Shown piece by piece: positions 18,947 through 28,065 of a stretch of DNA of 64,000 nucleotides (position 1 is its first letter; every line of letters begins with the position of its first letter). This stretch comes from Candidatus Latescibacterota bacterium. GTDB taxonomy: Bacteria; Latescibacterota; UBA2968. The notes beneath the pieces are model-generated. The model ran no database searches and had not been told where the DNA came from. It saw only the letters and a program-made list of their open reading frames with translations. The DNA lies in NCBI GenBank assembly GCA_965207885.1, contig OZ242311.1, positions 3,808,001 to 3,872,000 on the forward strand, written 5' to 3'. A program made the translations under genes and the position numbers.

Positions 18947-20749
18947 TCAATTCTCTAAAATCCGATGCACCCGCCGCACCTCGGGCGCGTAAAACATCTG
19001 TACCCGTCCCGACGGCCAGCGTATTGCAATGCTATCAACCGCCGCGCCCTCGCCTAACCCAAAATGCAGCGGGCGTTGATTCTGTGCGGCATAGCCACTA
19101 CCGCCCGACACCTCCTGCACCTGCACCTCGCCATTCCAAAACACCTGCACCTGCGCCCCAATCGCACTGCGATTGCTCTGCTGCCCAACCAGATCGAACC
19201 CAATCCAGTTTGCCTCTGTCCGCACTGTATTGCGGTACAACAAAAGCGGTCCCCGCTGATTGGCCACCACCACGTCCAGCACCCCCCGGTTCCACAGATC
19301 TACCAGAGCCACTGCGCGCCCGTCGAATCGGTCCCGAACCCCCACTGCCTGTGCCACCTCGACAAATTGCCCCACCCCGTCGTTCACCCAAACGCACTTG
19401 GTCTGATGGCCTGCCAAGCTCCTGCCCCGCATCGGCGGCCAGTTTTTTGCATCAGAAATAATCGCGCTATGCCCGCCCGCCACCTGAGAAAAATCGTACC
19501 AGTAATTCCCATTTCCTTCTGCCGAAACATACCCATTGGTCAAAACGAGATCTAGCGCCCCATCGTTGTTCAAATCCCCAAACTGCGCGCCAAAACTCCA
19601 CCCGCCCAGATCCACGCCCATCGCCCCGGCCAAATTCTCAAACCGCAAGGTCTCGCCCCCCAGGGGCACCCACAAATTATTCCCCTGAATGAGAACGCCA
19701 GCCTGAGAAATATTGGTCTCGTAAATTGCCAGATCTCCCCGATTCAGCACATCGCCAAATGCGGCATTCATCCCGCTCTTTGGCTGGCGGCCCACCCCAG
19801 CTTGCTCTCCCATCTCGACAAACCGTTTTCCGCCCTCGTTCACATACAACTCGGAAATCCCGTAATCATTGGACAAAAACAGGTCGGGAAACCCGGAACC
19901 ATTCAAATCCACCGCACCCACCGCCAGTGTCCACCTCCTGCTCGCGATCCCGACCCTCATCGTCACATCTTCAAATGTCCCATCGCCCAAATTCCGCAAC
20001 AAATACTTCCGCCCCCCATTATTCGCGTATTCAAAACTCTCCGGCATCATCCGCGTGGACTCCAAATCCCACAAATTCAGGGACTCGGGCCAGTAACCCG
20101 CCACAAAAATATCCAGATACCCATCGCAGTCGTAATCTACCCAAATTGCACTCCCTGCATTGATCCACTTGGGCAAACCCGCTGTTTCCGTCACGCGCTC
20201 AAATCCCTCCCCCTCCCGATTGCGAAACAACTCGGGACGACCCCATTTATACAAAAACAAATCTTCGAACCCATCGTTGTCGTAATCACCCCACACAGAC
20301 CCCATACTCACGCCCGCCCGATTCACATCCGCCACACCCATTGCAGTAGCCACATCTTCAAAACCCATCCCTCCCAAATTGCGATACAGCCGGTTCAAAC
20401 TGCCCTTCCGACTACTGGTCACATACAAATCCTGCCAGCCATCCCTGTCGTAATCCACCACCGACACTGCCGCGCCCATCGACGCGATAATCGGCATAAT
20501 ATGATCCAGTTTCGCATCCAGCACAGGCGCTTCATGTACAAAATCGATCCCCACCTGTTTTCCAACTTCCTTCAGATGGAATCCATATCGTTCACTGCTG
20601 ACAGAGGATAAGTCAGTACCCATTTCCCCCACCTGCCATCCCCCCCATTTCATCGCGCCCAGCGCCACCAGCAATAGCCCAAAAAACAGCACCACCAGAA
20701 TCCGCACAACGCGATTGGGATGCCTCTCCTCTATCCCGCTGTCTTTCAT
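18947..20749 (-). CDS. CRTAC1 family protein (FG-GAP/VCBS propeller + ASPIC/UnbV), N-terminal membrane anchor
   Basis: Repeated DYDxDG..DL motifs. C-terminal SNRSAIGAQV...GGSGYAAQN...HFGLG...IRWPSG. Confidence 0.9.
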   Translation of the reverse strand: MKDSGIEERHPNRVVRILVVLFFGLLLVALGAMKWGGWQVGEMGTDLSSVSSERYGFHLKEVGKQVGIDFVHEAPVLDAKLDHIMPIIASMGAAVSVVDYDRDGWQDLYVTSSRKGSLNRLYRNLGGMGFEDVATAMGVADVNRAGVSMGSVWGDYDNDGFEDLFLYKWGRPELFRNREGEGFERVTETAGLPKWINAGSAIWVDYDCDGYLDIFVAGYWPESLNLWDLESTRMMPESFEYANNGGRKYLLRNLGDGTFEDVTMRVGIASRRWTLAVGAVDLNGSGFPDLFLSNDYGISELYVNEGGKRFVEMGEQAGVGRQPKSGMNAAFGDVLNRGDLAIYETNISQAGVLIQGNNLWVPLGGETLRFENLAGAMGVDLGGWSFGAQFGDLNNDGALDLVLTNGYVSAEGNGNYWYDFSQVAGGHSAIISDAKNWPPMRGRSLAGHQTKCVWVNDGVGQFVEVAQAVGVRDRFDGRAVALVDLWNRGVLDVVVANQRGPLLLYRNTVRTEANWIGFDLVGQQSNRSAIGAQVQVFWNGEVQVQEVSGGSGYAAQNQRPLHFGLGEGAAVDSIAIRWPSGRVQMFYAPEVRRVHRILEN

Positions 20750-23700
20750 GGTCTGTCATTCCTCAGCGCGCGATCAAACCAATCGGGCGTCACATACCGC
20801 GTGTGAAACCGCTGCCAGTCCTCTGCATTGCGCTTAAATACCGGATCATCTTCAAGTGTTGTAGGCACGCGATCATAAGACAAAACTCCATGCGCAGGCA
20901 AGGGCAACACCGTCGTTGAAAAAGCCGTATTATAATCGCCATCCTTAACCCACCCATCGCCTTTCAAAACAAAGTCCCGCACCAGTTCTCCAGGATCGGG
21001 CAAAGCCACAAACAGCAACTGGATTTCATCTCCCGCATTCACAATCGCATATCGGTCATCGACCTGTGTCAGCAATGGCTCTACATCTCCATATCGCGTG
21101 TAATATCCCACGAGATCTCGCCACATCTGAGAAGTCCCGCCAAGCGCGTGATAATCCGGCACCTCGGGCGAACTCGCATCCGCCTCCGCCACCTGTGAAA
21201 ACCCGCGATAACGCAACTGCGCACGCGCCAAAGGCACAGATTGAACCGTCATCACACTATCTTCAAGCGGCACGGCCCATGCCAAACGATCCCAATAAAT
21301 CTCCAGATTGGTCTGTAATCTAAATTTTCGGGGAACATCTCGCGGAAAAACGCCGCTCAGATCGATCAACACCGTCTTGCGCTTCCCGGCTGGAAAACCC
21401 AGATCTGGATGCGCGACGCGCCAATCAGCTCCGTCAAATACATGCAGAGAAAGGCCCTGGGGTGGCGGATGGCTACCCTGCCCCAGCGCCACATTGATCG
21501 AACTATCCGTCGGATGAATCCATCCCTGACCGACCAGCCACAAAGGTCCTTCTCTGGGCGCTTCGTCTCCCACCGCCACCTCCACATAGTGTTCTCGCGT
21601 CACCCCTTGATAAATACCCCGCCCAAAAGTATCCACATACTGTCCATCCCGCGCCCGCACCCTATCGGTCACATCGCGCCCCCGATCATCTTTCACAACA
21701 GCAAATGACTGGGGCTGCGTAGTCGCGTAAATCTCAAGCGATGGCGCGACCCGGGCAAAACGCTCATCCACAAAAATCGCCGTCCCCTCGGGGTGATCAA
21801 CTGCAACGAGAGACACCCAATCGACAAAATGCGTCTCCCACAGTTCACCCGTAATCCGTATATCGTACACCCCATTTTGTGCAATTAGCTGATCGCCTCT
21901 AACCTTCACCCAATCTTCCGTCTGATCAATACCCGCAACCACCTGGGCATTAATCCGCATCCCCAGAGGTGACCGCCACAGAAAATCCGTTACAAACACC
22001 ATCTCCGCCCCATTGTGCGCAAACACCCAGGGGCACGACCCCTTCAACCGCTGTACAGCACGCGCCACCTGATCCACCTCCAGATCGAACTCCACCTGAG
22101 GCATCCCATTGGGCCACACAATCCGCACGAGATCTGCCCCCGTATAAGTCCCCAACCCAAAATGCACCACCGGATCCATCACCACTTGCTTCTGATAGAA
22201 CGCACCCGAACGCAATTCCACTTCTGCACCCAGACCCAGTGCATTGATCCGCCCATCGCCAAAAGCCCTACCGCCCACGGGACGAATCGCCTGCCAATGA
22301 TACGCCAAATTACCTCGATTCACCAGTTGCAGTGCCTCGTCTGCATCCGAAATACCCAGCAAATCGAGCCGACCATCGCCCGTCAAATCCGCCACACCAG
22401 TCACGCGCGCTTGCAGGTCCAGAGCATGGTAAGCCTCTTCCGACGCCAGAAAGGCGCGTTTGCCAAACACCAGATCCAGCGCGCCATTATTATCCAGATC
22501 CGCTATGAGAAGCGAAGCAGGACCAGCGGTTGAATCACCCTGAATCAGCGTGCGCATCTCCCCTTGCGACACAGCCATCACAGTGCCATCTCGATCTACA
22601 ACCACGCGCTCTAAGCGCCCGTCTCGATCCAGATCTCCCGCGCTCAGGGCAACCCCATTCACCGCCTTCTTCGCCCCCGGCGTAAATACACCCGCCCGCT
22701 CGTTAATCGCCTCGGTCAACTGCCCTTCCCGATCCAGCATCGCCGCATCGGGATCGCCATCCCCATCGCAATCTACCCACACAAATCCCCTCAATCCATC
22801 TACATTACCGAAAAGTTCTCGCGCCACAAATGAACCATCCCCATTGTTTTGCAACACGAGAGGCGGTCCTGTAGAACGTCCCAATACGAAATCGACATCC
22901 CCATCCATCTCTACATCTGCTCCCCACACGCCAGCTATCTCTTCTTCGTCCAACCCGATGGAATCCGTCACATCCTCAATCCCGCCATCCTCAGCGCGTC
23001 GGAACAATCGAAAACCCTCTGCCCCCACCAGCGCCAGATCTAACGCAAAATCGTTATTCCAATCAACTGTCAGCATCCCACCCATCTCCGACACATCTGG
23101 AAAATCGAGCGCAATCCCCTCCGCCCCCCACACTTGAGAAGCACTCGCCGCAACCACCCCTACCTCTTCTTTCGACCAAAAAGGCTTGAGCACCTGCCAA
23201 TCACTTCCCTCCAGACCCACAACGGGTTCTGGTTCAAAGTGCATGTCTAAATCCGCAGGCGCTGGCATAGCCTGGGGCGCATTGAACTTCAAAAATTCAA
23301 CTATGGGATCTCCCAGGCGTTCAGCCGGCACAATCAGCGCATCCAGAGCGCGCCGATACATCGGATCGCGCAACAACACATTGTGCAAAAACATCGCTTG
23401 CACAGCTACCTCACTCCCCCCTTCCATCTCGCCCTGCAAGCCGCGCAACTGCACCCGCGCCGCATCCGGCCAACCTTCCGCCCACTCTCCCAACTTCTCC
23501 ACCGATGCGCGCAGAGCCTCTTCATCATCCCGTTTGCCCGCCTGCCTCGCCCGCTCCAGCCACAACGCGGGATTATCCGGCACCTGTCTGATCAATACCT
23601 CCAACTGTGCCCAGACCTCGTCCTCGCTCCCTGCTCCTCCCCGTCGCTCGACCTCCTTCATCAGTGCGTATCGCGCCTTTACAAGCCCCTGTTGCGCCGC

Positions 23701-24069
23701 TTCCTCGAAAAACGCGATAGCAGCATCGGATTGTCCCCTACTGCGCTCGACCAGTCCCTGTAACATCACAATATCGCCACTTTCGGGCATCAGTGAACGC
23801 GCTGTCTTCAGGTCTTTTGCAGCCCCATCGTAATCCCCGCGCCGCAACCGCAACACCCCGCGATTTGCCCACGCAGCTGGCTCATCGGGTTCCATTATAA
23901 GAGCACGGCTCAAACTGGCATCCGCCCGGTCAAAAGCCCCCACCTCCAGCGCGAACACACCCGTATAGAATGCGGAGACATAATCCGGGGATGGCGTAGC
24001 CATCTCCTCGTCTCCGCATCCAAAACTCAACACCATCAACAACCCGATCGTGCGACGAATATCAAGCAT
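20746..24069 (-). CDS. Large lipoprotein: TPR + FG-GAP propeller + ASPIC/UnbV + conserved C-terminal domain
   Basis: Lipobox SFGC, TPRs, DxDxDG repeats, HFGLG...IVWPNG, then KGSCP...EELWE-like and DGWVKDGD motifs. Confidence 0.82.
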   Translation of the reverse strand: MLDIRRTIGLLMVLSFGCGDEEMATPSPDYVSAFYTGVFALEVGAFDRADASLSRALIMEPDEPAAWANRGVLRLRRGDYDGAAKDLKTARSLMPESGDIVMLQGLVERSRGQSDAAIAFFEEAAQQGLVKARYALMKEVERRGGAGSEDEVWAQLEVLIRQVPDNPALWLERARQAGKRDDEEALRASVEKLGEWAEGWPDAARVQLRGLQGEMEGGSEVAVQAMFLHNVLLRDPMYRRALDALIVPAERLGDPIVEFLKFNAPQAMPAPADLDMHFEPEPVVGLEGSDWQVLKPFWSKEEVGVVAASASQVWGAEGIALDFPDVSEMGGMLTVDWNNDFALDLALVGAEGFRLFRRAEDGGIEDVTDSIGLDEEEIAGVWGADVEMDGDVDFVLGRSTGPPLVLQNNGDGSFVARELFGNVDGLRGFVWVDCDGDGDPDAAMLDREGQLTEAINERAGVFTPGAKKAVNGVALSAGDLDRDGRLERVVVDRDGTVMAVSQGEMRTLIQGDSTAGPASLLIADLDNNGALDLVFGKRAFLASEEAYHALDLQARVTGVADLTGDGRLDLLGISDADEALQLVNRGNLAYHWQAIRPVGGRAFGDGRINALGLGAEVELRSGAFYQKQVVMDPVVHFGLGTYTGADLVRIVWPNGMPQVEFDLEVDQVARAVQRLKGSCPWVFAHNGAEMVFVTDFLWRSPLGMRINAQVVAGIDQTEDWVKVRGDQLIAQNGVYDIRITGELWETHFVDWVSLVAVDHPEGTAIFVDERFARVAPSLEIYATTQPQSFAVVKDDRGRDVTDRVRARDGQYVDTFGRGIYQGVTREHYVEVAVGDEAPREGPLWLVGQGWIHPTDSSINVALGQGSHPPPQGLSLHVFDGADWRVAHPDLGFPAGKRKTVLIDLSGVFPRDVPRKFRLQTNLEIYWDRLAWAVPLEDSVMTVQSVPLARAQLRYRGFSQVAEADASSPEVPDYHALGGTSQMWRDLVGYYTRYGDVEPLLTQVDDRYAIVNAGDEIQLLFVALPDPGELVRDFVLKGDGWVKDGDYNTAFSTTVLPLPAHGVLSYDRVPTTLEDDPVFKRNAEDWQRFHTRYVTPDWFDRALRNDRP

Positions 24070-26044
24070 CGTGCTCCTTCCATCCCGGTATCGAAATATC
24101 CATCCTTCGCTCAGGCGCGTAGATCCTATCCCCCTTATAAGGCGTATCCTGAGTCAGAATATAAATGGCACCCTCGTGCACATACGTAATCTCATCCCTC
24201 GAATCTCCCACCACATCTTCCACGACCCCACCCAACCAATCGAATGGCACCCCCTCGCACACGGGTTTGATCACCTTGCGGCACTCTGCATCGTAAAACC
24301 CGAATGATTCCCCACTGGTACTGATAAACAATAACTCTTGCCCGTCGCCTGCCCAGTTCACAGCCGGTCCCCCCTGGCTCATGTTATCCGGCTCCATCCG
24401 GGACAGCGGATCCCCCTGCCCACTCACCAGATTCATAATCCCATAAGTTCCCCACCGATCGCCCATCCACATCTCCAACCCCGGCAAATCGGGTCTAAAA
24501 TTCCCCGCGTAAATCCCCTGCACATGCCCATAGCGGAGGTGACTCAACAAAGAGCCATCCCGCGCATCCACCAGGAAAAATCCCGGATCGCTCCCCGCAA
24601 TCCCAACCTCTGGCCCATTGCTCTCATCCCCATCCAATTCCCCAAAAGAAGCGTGGTCAATATGCCCTGCACCACCGGAATCCTCGATGTACTCCGAACC
24701 CTCCATTGTCCAGAGATGATTTCCATCCCCATCGTAAAGATCGTAACCGGGCAAAATTTCATCCCGCCCGTCGCCATCCACATCGTAAAACCAGATATAC
24801 ATCCCGTACCACGCATTGTGCGCATCCTGTCGCCAGCGCAAATTCAAATTTTCGTCAAATGCCCAGATCGAATACCCGGTACCTGCGCCGTCGCCATCTC
24901 GCAAAATCAAATCCTGTGCCTTCTCCGTCTTTCTAATTTTACACGGCCAGATCACCCGGAGCGAATGCAAAACATCTCCCATGCTCGCATTCCTGTATCC
25001 CCGATACGGTCCCGTCCTCGGCAGTTCTGTTTCCGCCGTCACCTCACCCGACTTTCCGCTCACCAGCTTTAACCTGTCATCCTCAATACCGATAAAATCT
25101 TCCACTCCATCCCCATCCAGGTCGTGTACCACAGATCTTTGCAACCCTTTTGCAGCGGGAAAAGTCTGATCGTATTGTACTTCCCCGTCAAAATTTAAGC
25201 ACACAACGCGCACGCCTTCATCCGTCTCCTTCTGCAACACAATTTCCTTTTGCCCTGCCCCTCTAAAATCGCCGTATCGGGCCTCACACGGCCAGAACTC
25301 GCCGATATCAATCCGCTTCCACAGCACGGGCTTCGGATACTTCTCAGCCTCCTCTGCCACCTCTTTCTCATAAGCGTCCAACCGACTCACATACGCGGCA
25401 TTGGCAGATGTTGTAACGCGCACCGCGCGCATGCGACTTCGCGTATTTGTACGCACGCCCACTTTCCCCGTTGGAAAGCGATCGTCATACGCTACAAATG
25501 CCTGCTCCCCATTCACATAACACGCAAACCGCTCGCCCTCACACACCACTTTTAGCGTGTAATACTGCCCCCTATCAAATCCATTGGGAAGATCCGCCAG
25601 CATCGTCCAGGCCTCGTCTTCTCTCCGATAGAGCACAAACCGGTCAAACCCTTCCATACAAAAATAATAATACCGCCTCAAATCCTGATATCGCACCATA
25701 ACCCCCGACCGGGCGACAATCGCATGGGGATCGTCATTGCCCGGCTGGGTATATGCGTTCAACTGTCGCACCTGCGCTTCCACCGTGTAATCCCCCCACA
25801 GCGGCTCACCCGTTATCAGGCACCGATCCGACTTGGCAGTGTGCTCCAACACCTCTGTGTCCCCATCTTTCACCACCCGATAATTACTCAGCATATTCCA
25901 CTTTGGGGGCGCAACCAGCGCATTTCCCCAACCCTTGAAATATTGCTCCTCGATACTCTGATCCGGTTCTGTCTTATCCAGCACCGTACCCAGCGGACAT
26001 CCCGACAGGTCAATCTCTGCCAGCAATTGTTCATTGCTTGCCAT
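24062..26044 (-). CDS. DUF1080-like beta-sandwich fused to a rhamnogalacturonan lyase (PL11)-like FG-GAP propeller
   Basis: WGDYTVEA...SGVMVRYQD...YTLKV...GKVG, then DVDGDGRDEIL.GY...HID and HVQ...GNFRPDLPGLE. No signal peptide. Confidence 0.65.
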   Translation of the reverse strand: MASNEQLLAEIDLSGCPLGTVLDKTEPDQSIEEQYFKGWGNALVAPPKWNMLSNYRVVKDGDTEVLEHTAKSDRCLITGEPLWGDYTVEAQVRQLNAYTQPGNDDPHAIVARSGVMVRYQDLRRYYYFCMEGFDRFVLYRREDEAWTMLADLPNGFDRGQYYTLKVVCEGERFACYVNGEQAFVAYDDRFPTGKVGVRTNTRSRMRAVRVTTSANAAYVSRLDAYEKEVAEEAEKYPKPVLWKRIDIGEFWPCEARYGDFRGAGQKEIVLQKETDEGVRVVCLNFDGEVQYDQTFPAAKGLQRSVVHDLDGDGVEDFIGIEDDRLKLVSGKSGEVTAETELPRTGPYRGYRNASMGDVLHSLRVIWPCKIRKTEKAQDLILRDGDGAGTGYSIWAFDENLNLRWRQDAHNAWYGMYIWFYDVDGDGRDEILPGYDLYDGDGNHLWTMEGSEYIEDSGGAGHIDHASFGELDGDESNGPEVGIAGSDPGFFLVDARDGSLLSHLRYGHVQGIYAGNFRPDLPGLEMWMGDRWGTYGIMNLVSGQGDPLSRMEPDNMSQGGPAVNWAGDGQELLFISTSGESFGFYDAECRKVIKPVCEGVPFDWLGGVVEDVVGDSRDEITYVHEGAIYILTQDTPYKGDRIYAPERRMDISIPGWKEHDA

Positions 26045-26118
26045 GTCTTCCTCCCTGTTAAAAAATTGGAAATTACATCGACGCGGTATACCTTATCCTA
26101 CCATCAATAAACCCGAAC

Positions 26119-28065
26119 TCAAAATACATGCACAACATGCCCCTGCCCCGGAAACCAGACCATATCTACCACAAAAGACAGCGTTACTGCCAGGGCATAT
26201 CCAACCAACAGACCTATAAAAAAAGGCTGCCACTGGCGGTACAACACCATCCCCCCTCCCTTCAGCAACAACCCCTTGATCGCCCAAACCAGAAAGGCCG
26301 AAAACGCCAGTTCTCGTGTAAAATTAGTGCCGGGAATGGTCAGCCCGATCGGGTGAAGCGGCCACCTCGGAAACCGGTAACGCAAAAAACTCAGCAGTCC
26401 CATCAGCGCGGCACCGATACCGAACAGCATCAGTCGAATACTGTCCGTACCCTGTGGCGACTTCATCTTGGCAACTGCCGCATTAAACGCCGCTTTGTTC
26501 CCGCTTCGATAGGGCCACACGTCAAAATGATAGGCTCCGTGAACATAAGCCAGGTGAAGCGTTAATACAAGCGATACCACTGCACTCAGCACCAGGCCAA
26601 ATACCACAGCCCATAGCAGAAGCCGTCGATTGCCACGCACAAAATCTGCCAGCCGTGCCCCGTGTACCAACCCGGGCATAAACAGTCCCCGGTAGGAAAC
26701 CAGCGCATAGGAAAATGCCAATGCCGTCATCGTCGCCCCCGACAGGGTGCGCGTCCCCAGAGTAGCCATCGTAAAAGCCTGACCGCTCAACGGGGTGCGC
26801 ACATAAATCAGCCCTGTCTCCGCCACGATCTTGGCTACTCCCACATACGTCACCAGCGTTGCTAAAACGCACAGAATGGCTGCGCCATAGGCCATCCCCG
26901 CCGCGTGTAGCCACAACACCAGATAACCCAGCCCTATAAACATCCCCCATACCGCCGCCCGGTAGCCCATCATCTCGTCTGCATCTCCGGCGTCCTGACC
27001 CCCTCTAAAAGCACTGCGGAATGCGGCGTAAAAGTGCCTCCGGGCCATCCACAATCCCCAGCCCACAAATACGGTCAACGCCCCGAACCCCTCCCAGCCA
27101 GCCACCTCGTATGACGAGCCCCAACTGTCGGAGATATTCAAACCAAACCCCAGCCGTCTTAAGATACCCACCTGGAATACATTCAACACATAAAAAAACC
27201 AGACGCTAAACAACACTTCCAGATTGGCAAAATACACAAACCCGATCGTAAACAGATTGAGCTTGATCCGGATTCCAGGAAAATTGCGGCCCAGTGGTAG
27301 TGACGTTCCAGACCGGTAACTGCCCGTGGGAAATTTGGGTGCCCCAGGAGAAAAATACGACAGGATGTTCCAGGCAATCATCCCAAATCCCGTCACAGCG
27401 CCCGCCCAGAACAGCCTTCCCCCAATCATCCGTATCCCGTGTTTTGGCGCCGAGACCAGATCCACCGCCACATTCGTCAGCGGATAGACCAATCGCTCGT
27501 GATCCACCCACTGTCGTCGCAACAAAACCGCCAGACAAATCGATACACACGCCGCTGCACCGATAAAACTCAACCACCAGAACAGTGGCAAAACCCACTC
27601 TCCCCACGGCACGGCCTGTCCGGGCGGTAATCCCTCAAAAAACCATGTCATCGCCTGCCGGTCTTCCGAGGGCGCCATCCACGGTCTGATGTGATTGTGC
27701 AGATAAGGTGCCCACCCATTCTCCGGCGTAGCAAAATAAAATGGTGCCGCAAGAATCCCCAACAAATATCCCGGTAGTCCGTCCGCCGCCGGGATCACCG
27801 CACTGGCCAACCCCATCGTCAACGCCACCAGCAAATCCGAACGCCCGAATGCCCACTCGGGTTTCCGCGCTTTGAGCACCGGATTCACAATCAGGGCACA
27901 CAGTACAAAGGGGACAAATAGGGCCAGCGCAAAATTGCTCATGTTCAACCGGGAGGCCCGCACAATAAACTCAGAATAGGTAGCCCAAACACTCACCAGC
28001 ACAACAAAAAACGATCCCAGTACCACCGCACGAACCTTAAACCGATCGTCTCGCACCTGCCCCAT
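26119..28065 (-). CDS. DUF6785/DUF6784 polytopic membrane protein (putative transporter), paralog A
   Basis: YFATPENGW, RRQWVDHERLVYPL, WPLHPIG and PFFIGLLVG. Confidence 0.8.
   Translation of the reverse strand: MGQVRDDRFKVRAVVLGSFFVVLVSVWATYSEFIVRASRLNMSNFALALFVPFVLCALIVNPVLKARKPEWAFGRSDLLVALTMGLASAVIPAADGLPGYLLGILAAPFYFATPENGWAPYLHNHIRPWMAPSEDRQAMTWFFEGLPPGQAVPWGEWVLPLFWWLSFIGAAACVSICLAVLLRRQWVDHERLVYPLTNVAVDLVSAPKHGIRMIGGRLFWAGAVTGFGMIAWNILSYFSPGAPKFPTGSYRSGTSLPLGRNFPGIRIKLNLFTIGFVYFANLEVLFSVWFFYVLNVFQVGILRRLGFGLNISDSWGSSYEVAGWEGFGALTVFVGWGLWMARRHFYAAFRSAFRGGQDAGDADEMMGYRAAVWGMFIGLGYLVLWLHAAGMAYGAAILCVLATLVTYVGVAKIVAETGLIYVRTPLSGQAFTMATLGTRTLSGATMTALAFSYALVSYRGLFMPGLVHGARLADFVRGNRRLLLWAVVFGLVLSAVVSLVLTLHLAYVHGAYHFDVWPYRSGNKAAFNAAVAKMKSPQGTDSIRLMLFGIGAALMGLLSFLRYRFPRWPLHPIGLTIPGTNFTRELAFSAFLVWAIKGLLLKGGGMVLYRQWQPFFIGLLVGYALAVTLSFVVDMVWFPGQGHVVHVF

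Noticed and set aside
18124-24069. Calling this an enediyne biosynthetic cluster
   Set aside because: No PKS, thioesterase or tailoring genes in the window. Only the UnbV/UnbU-like components are present.
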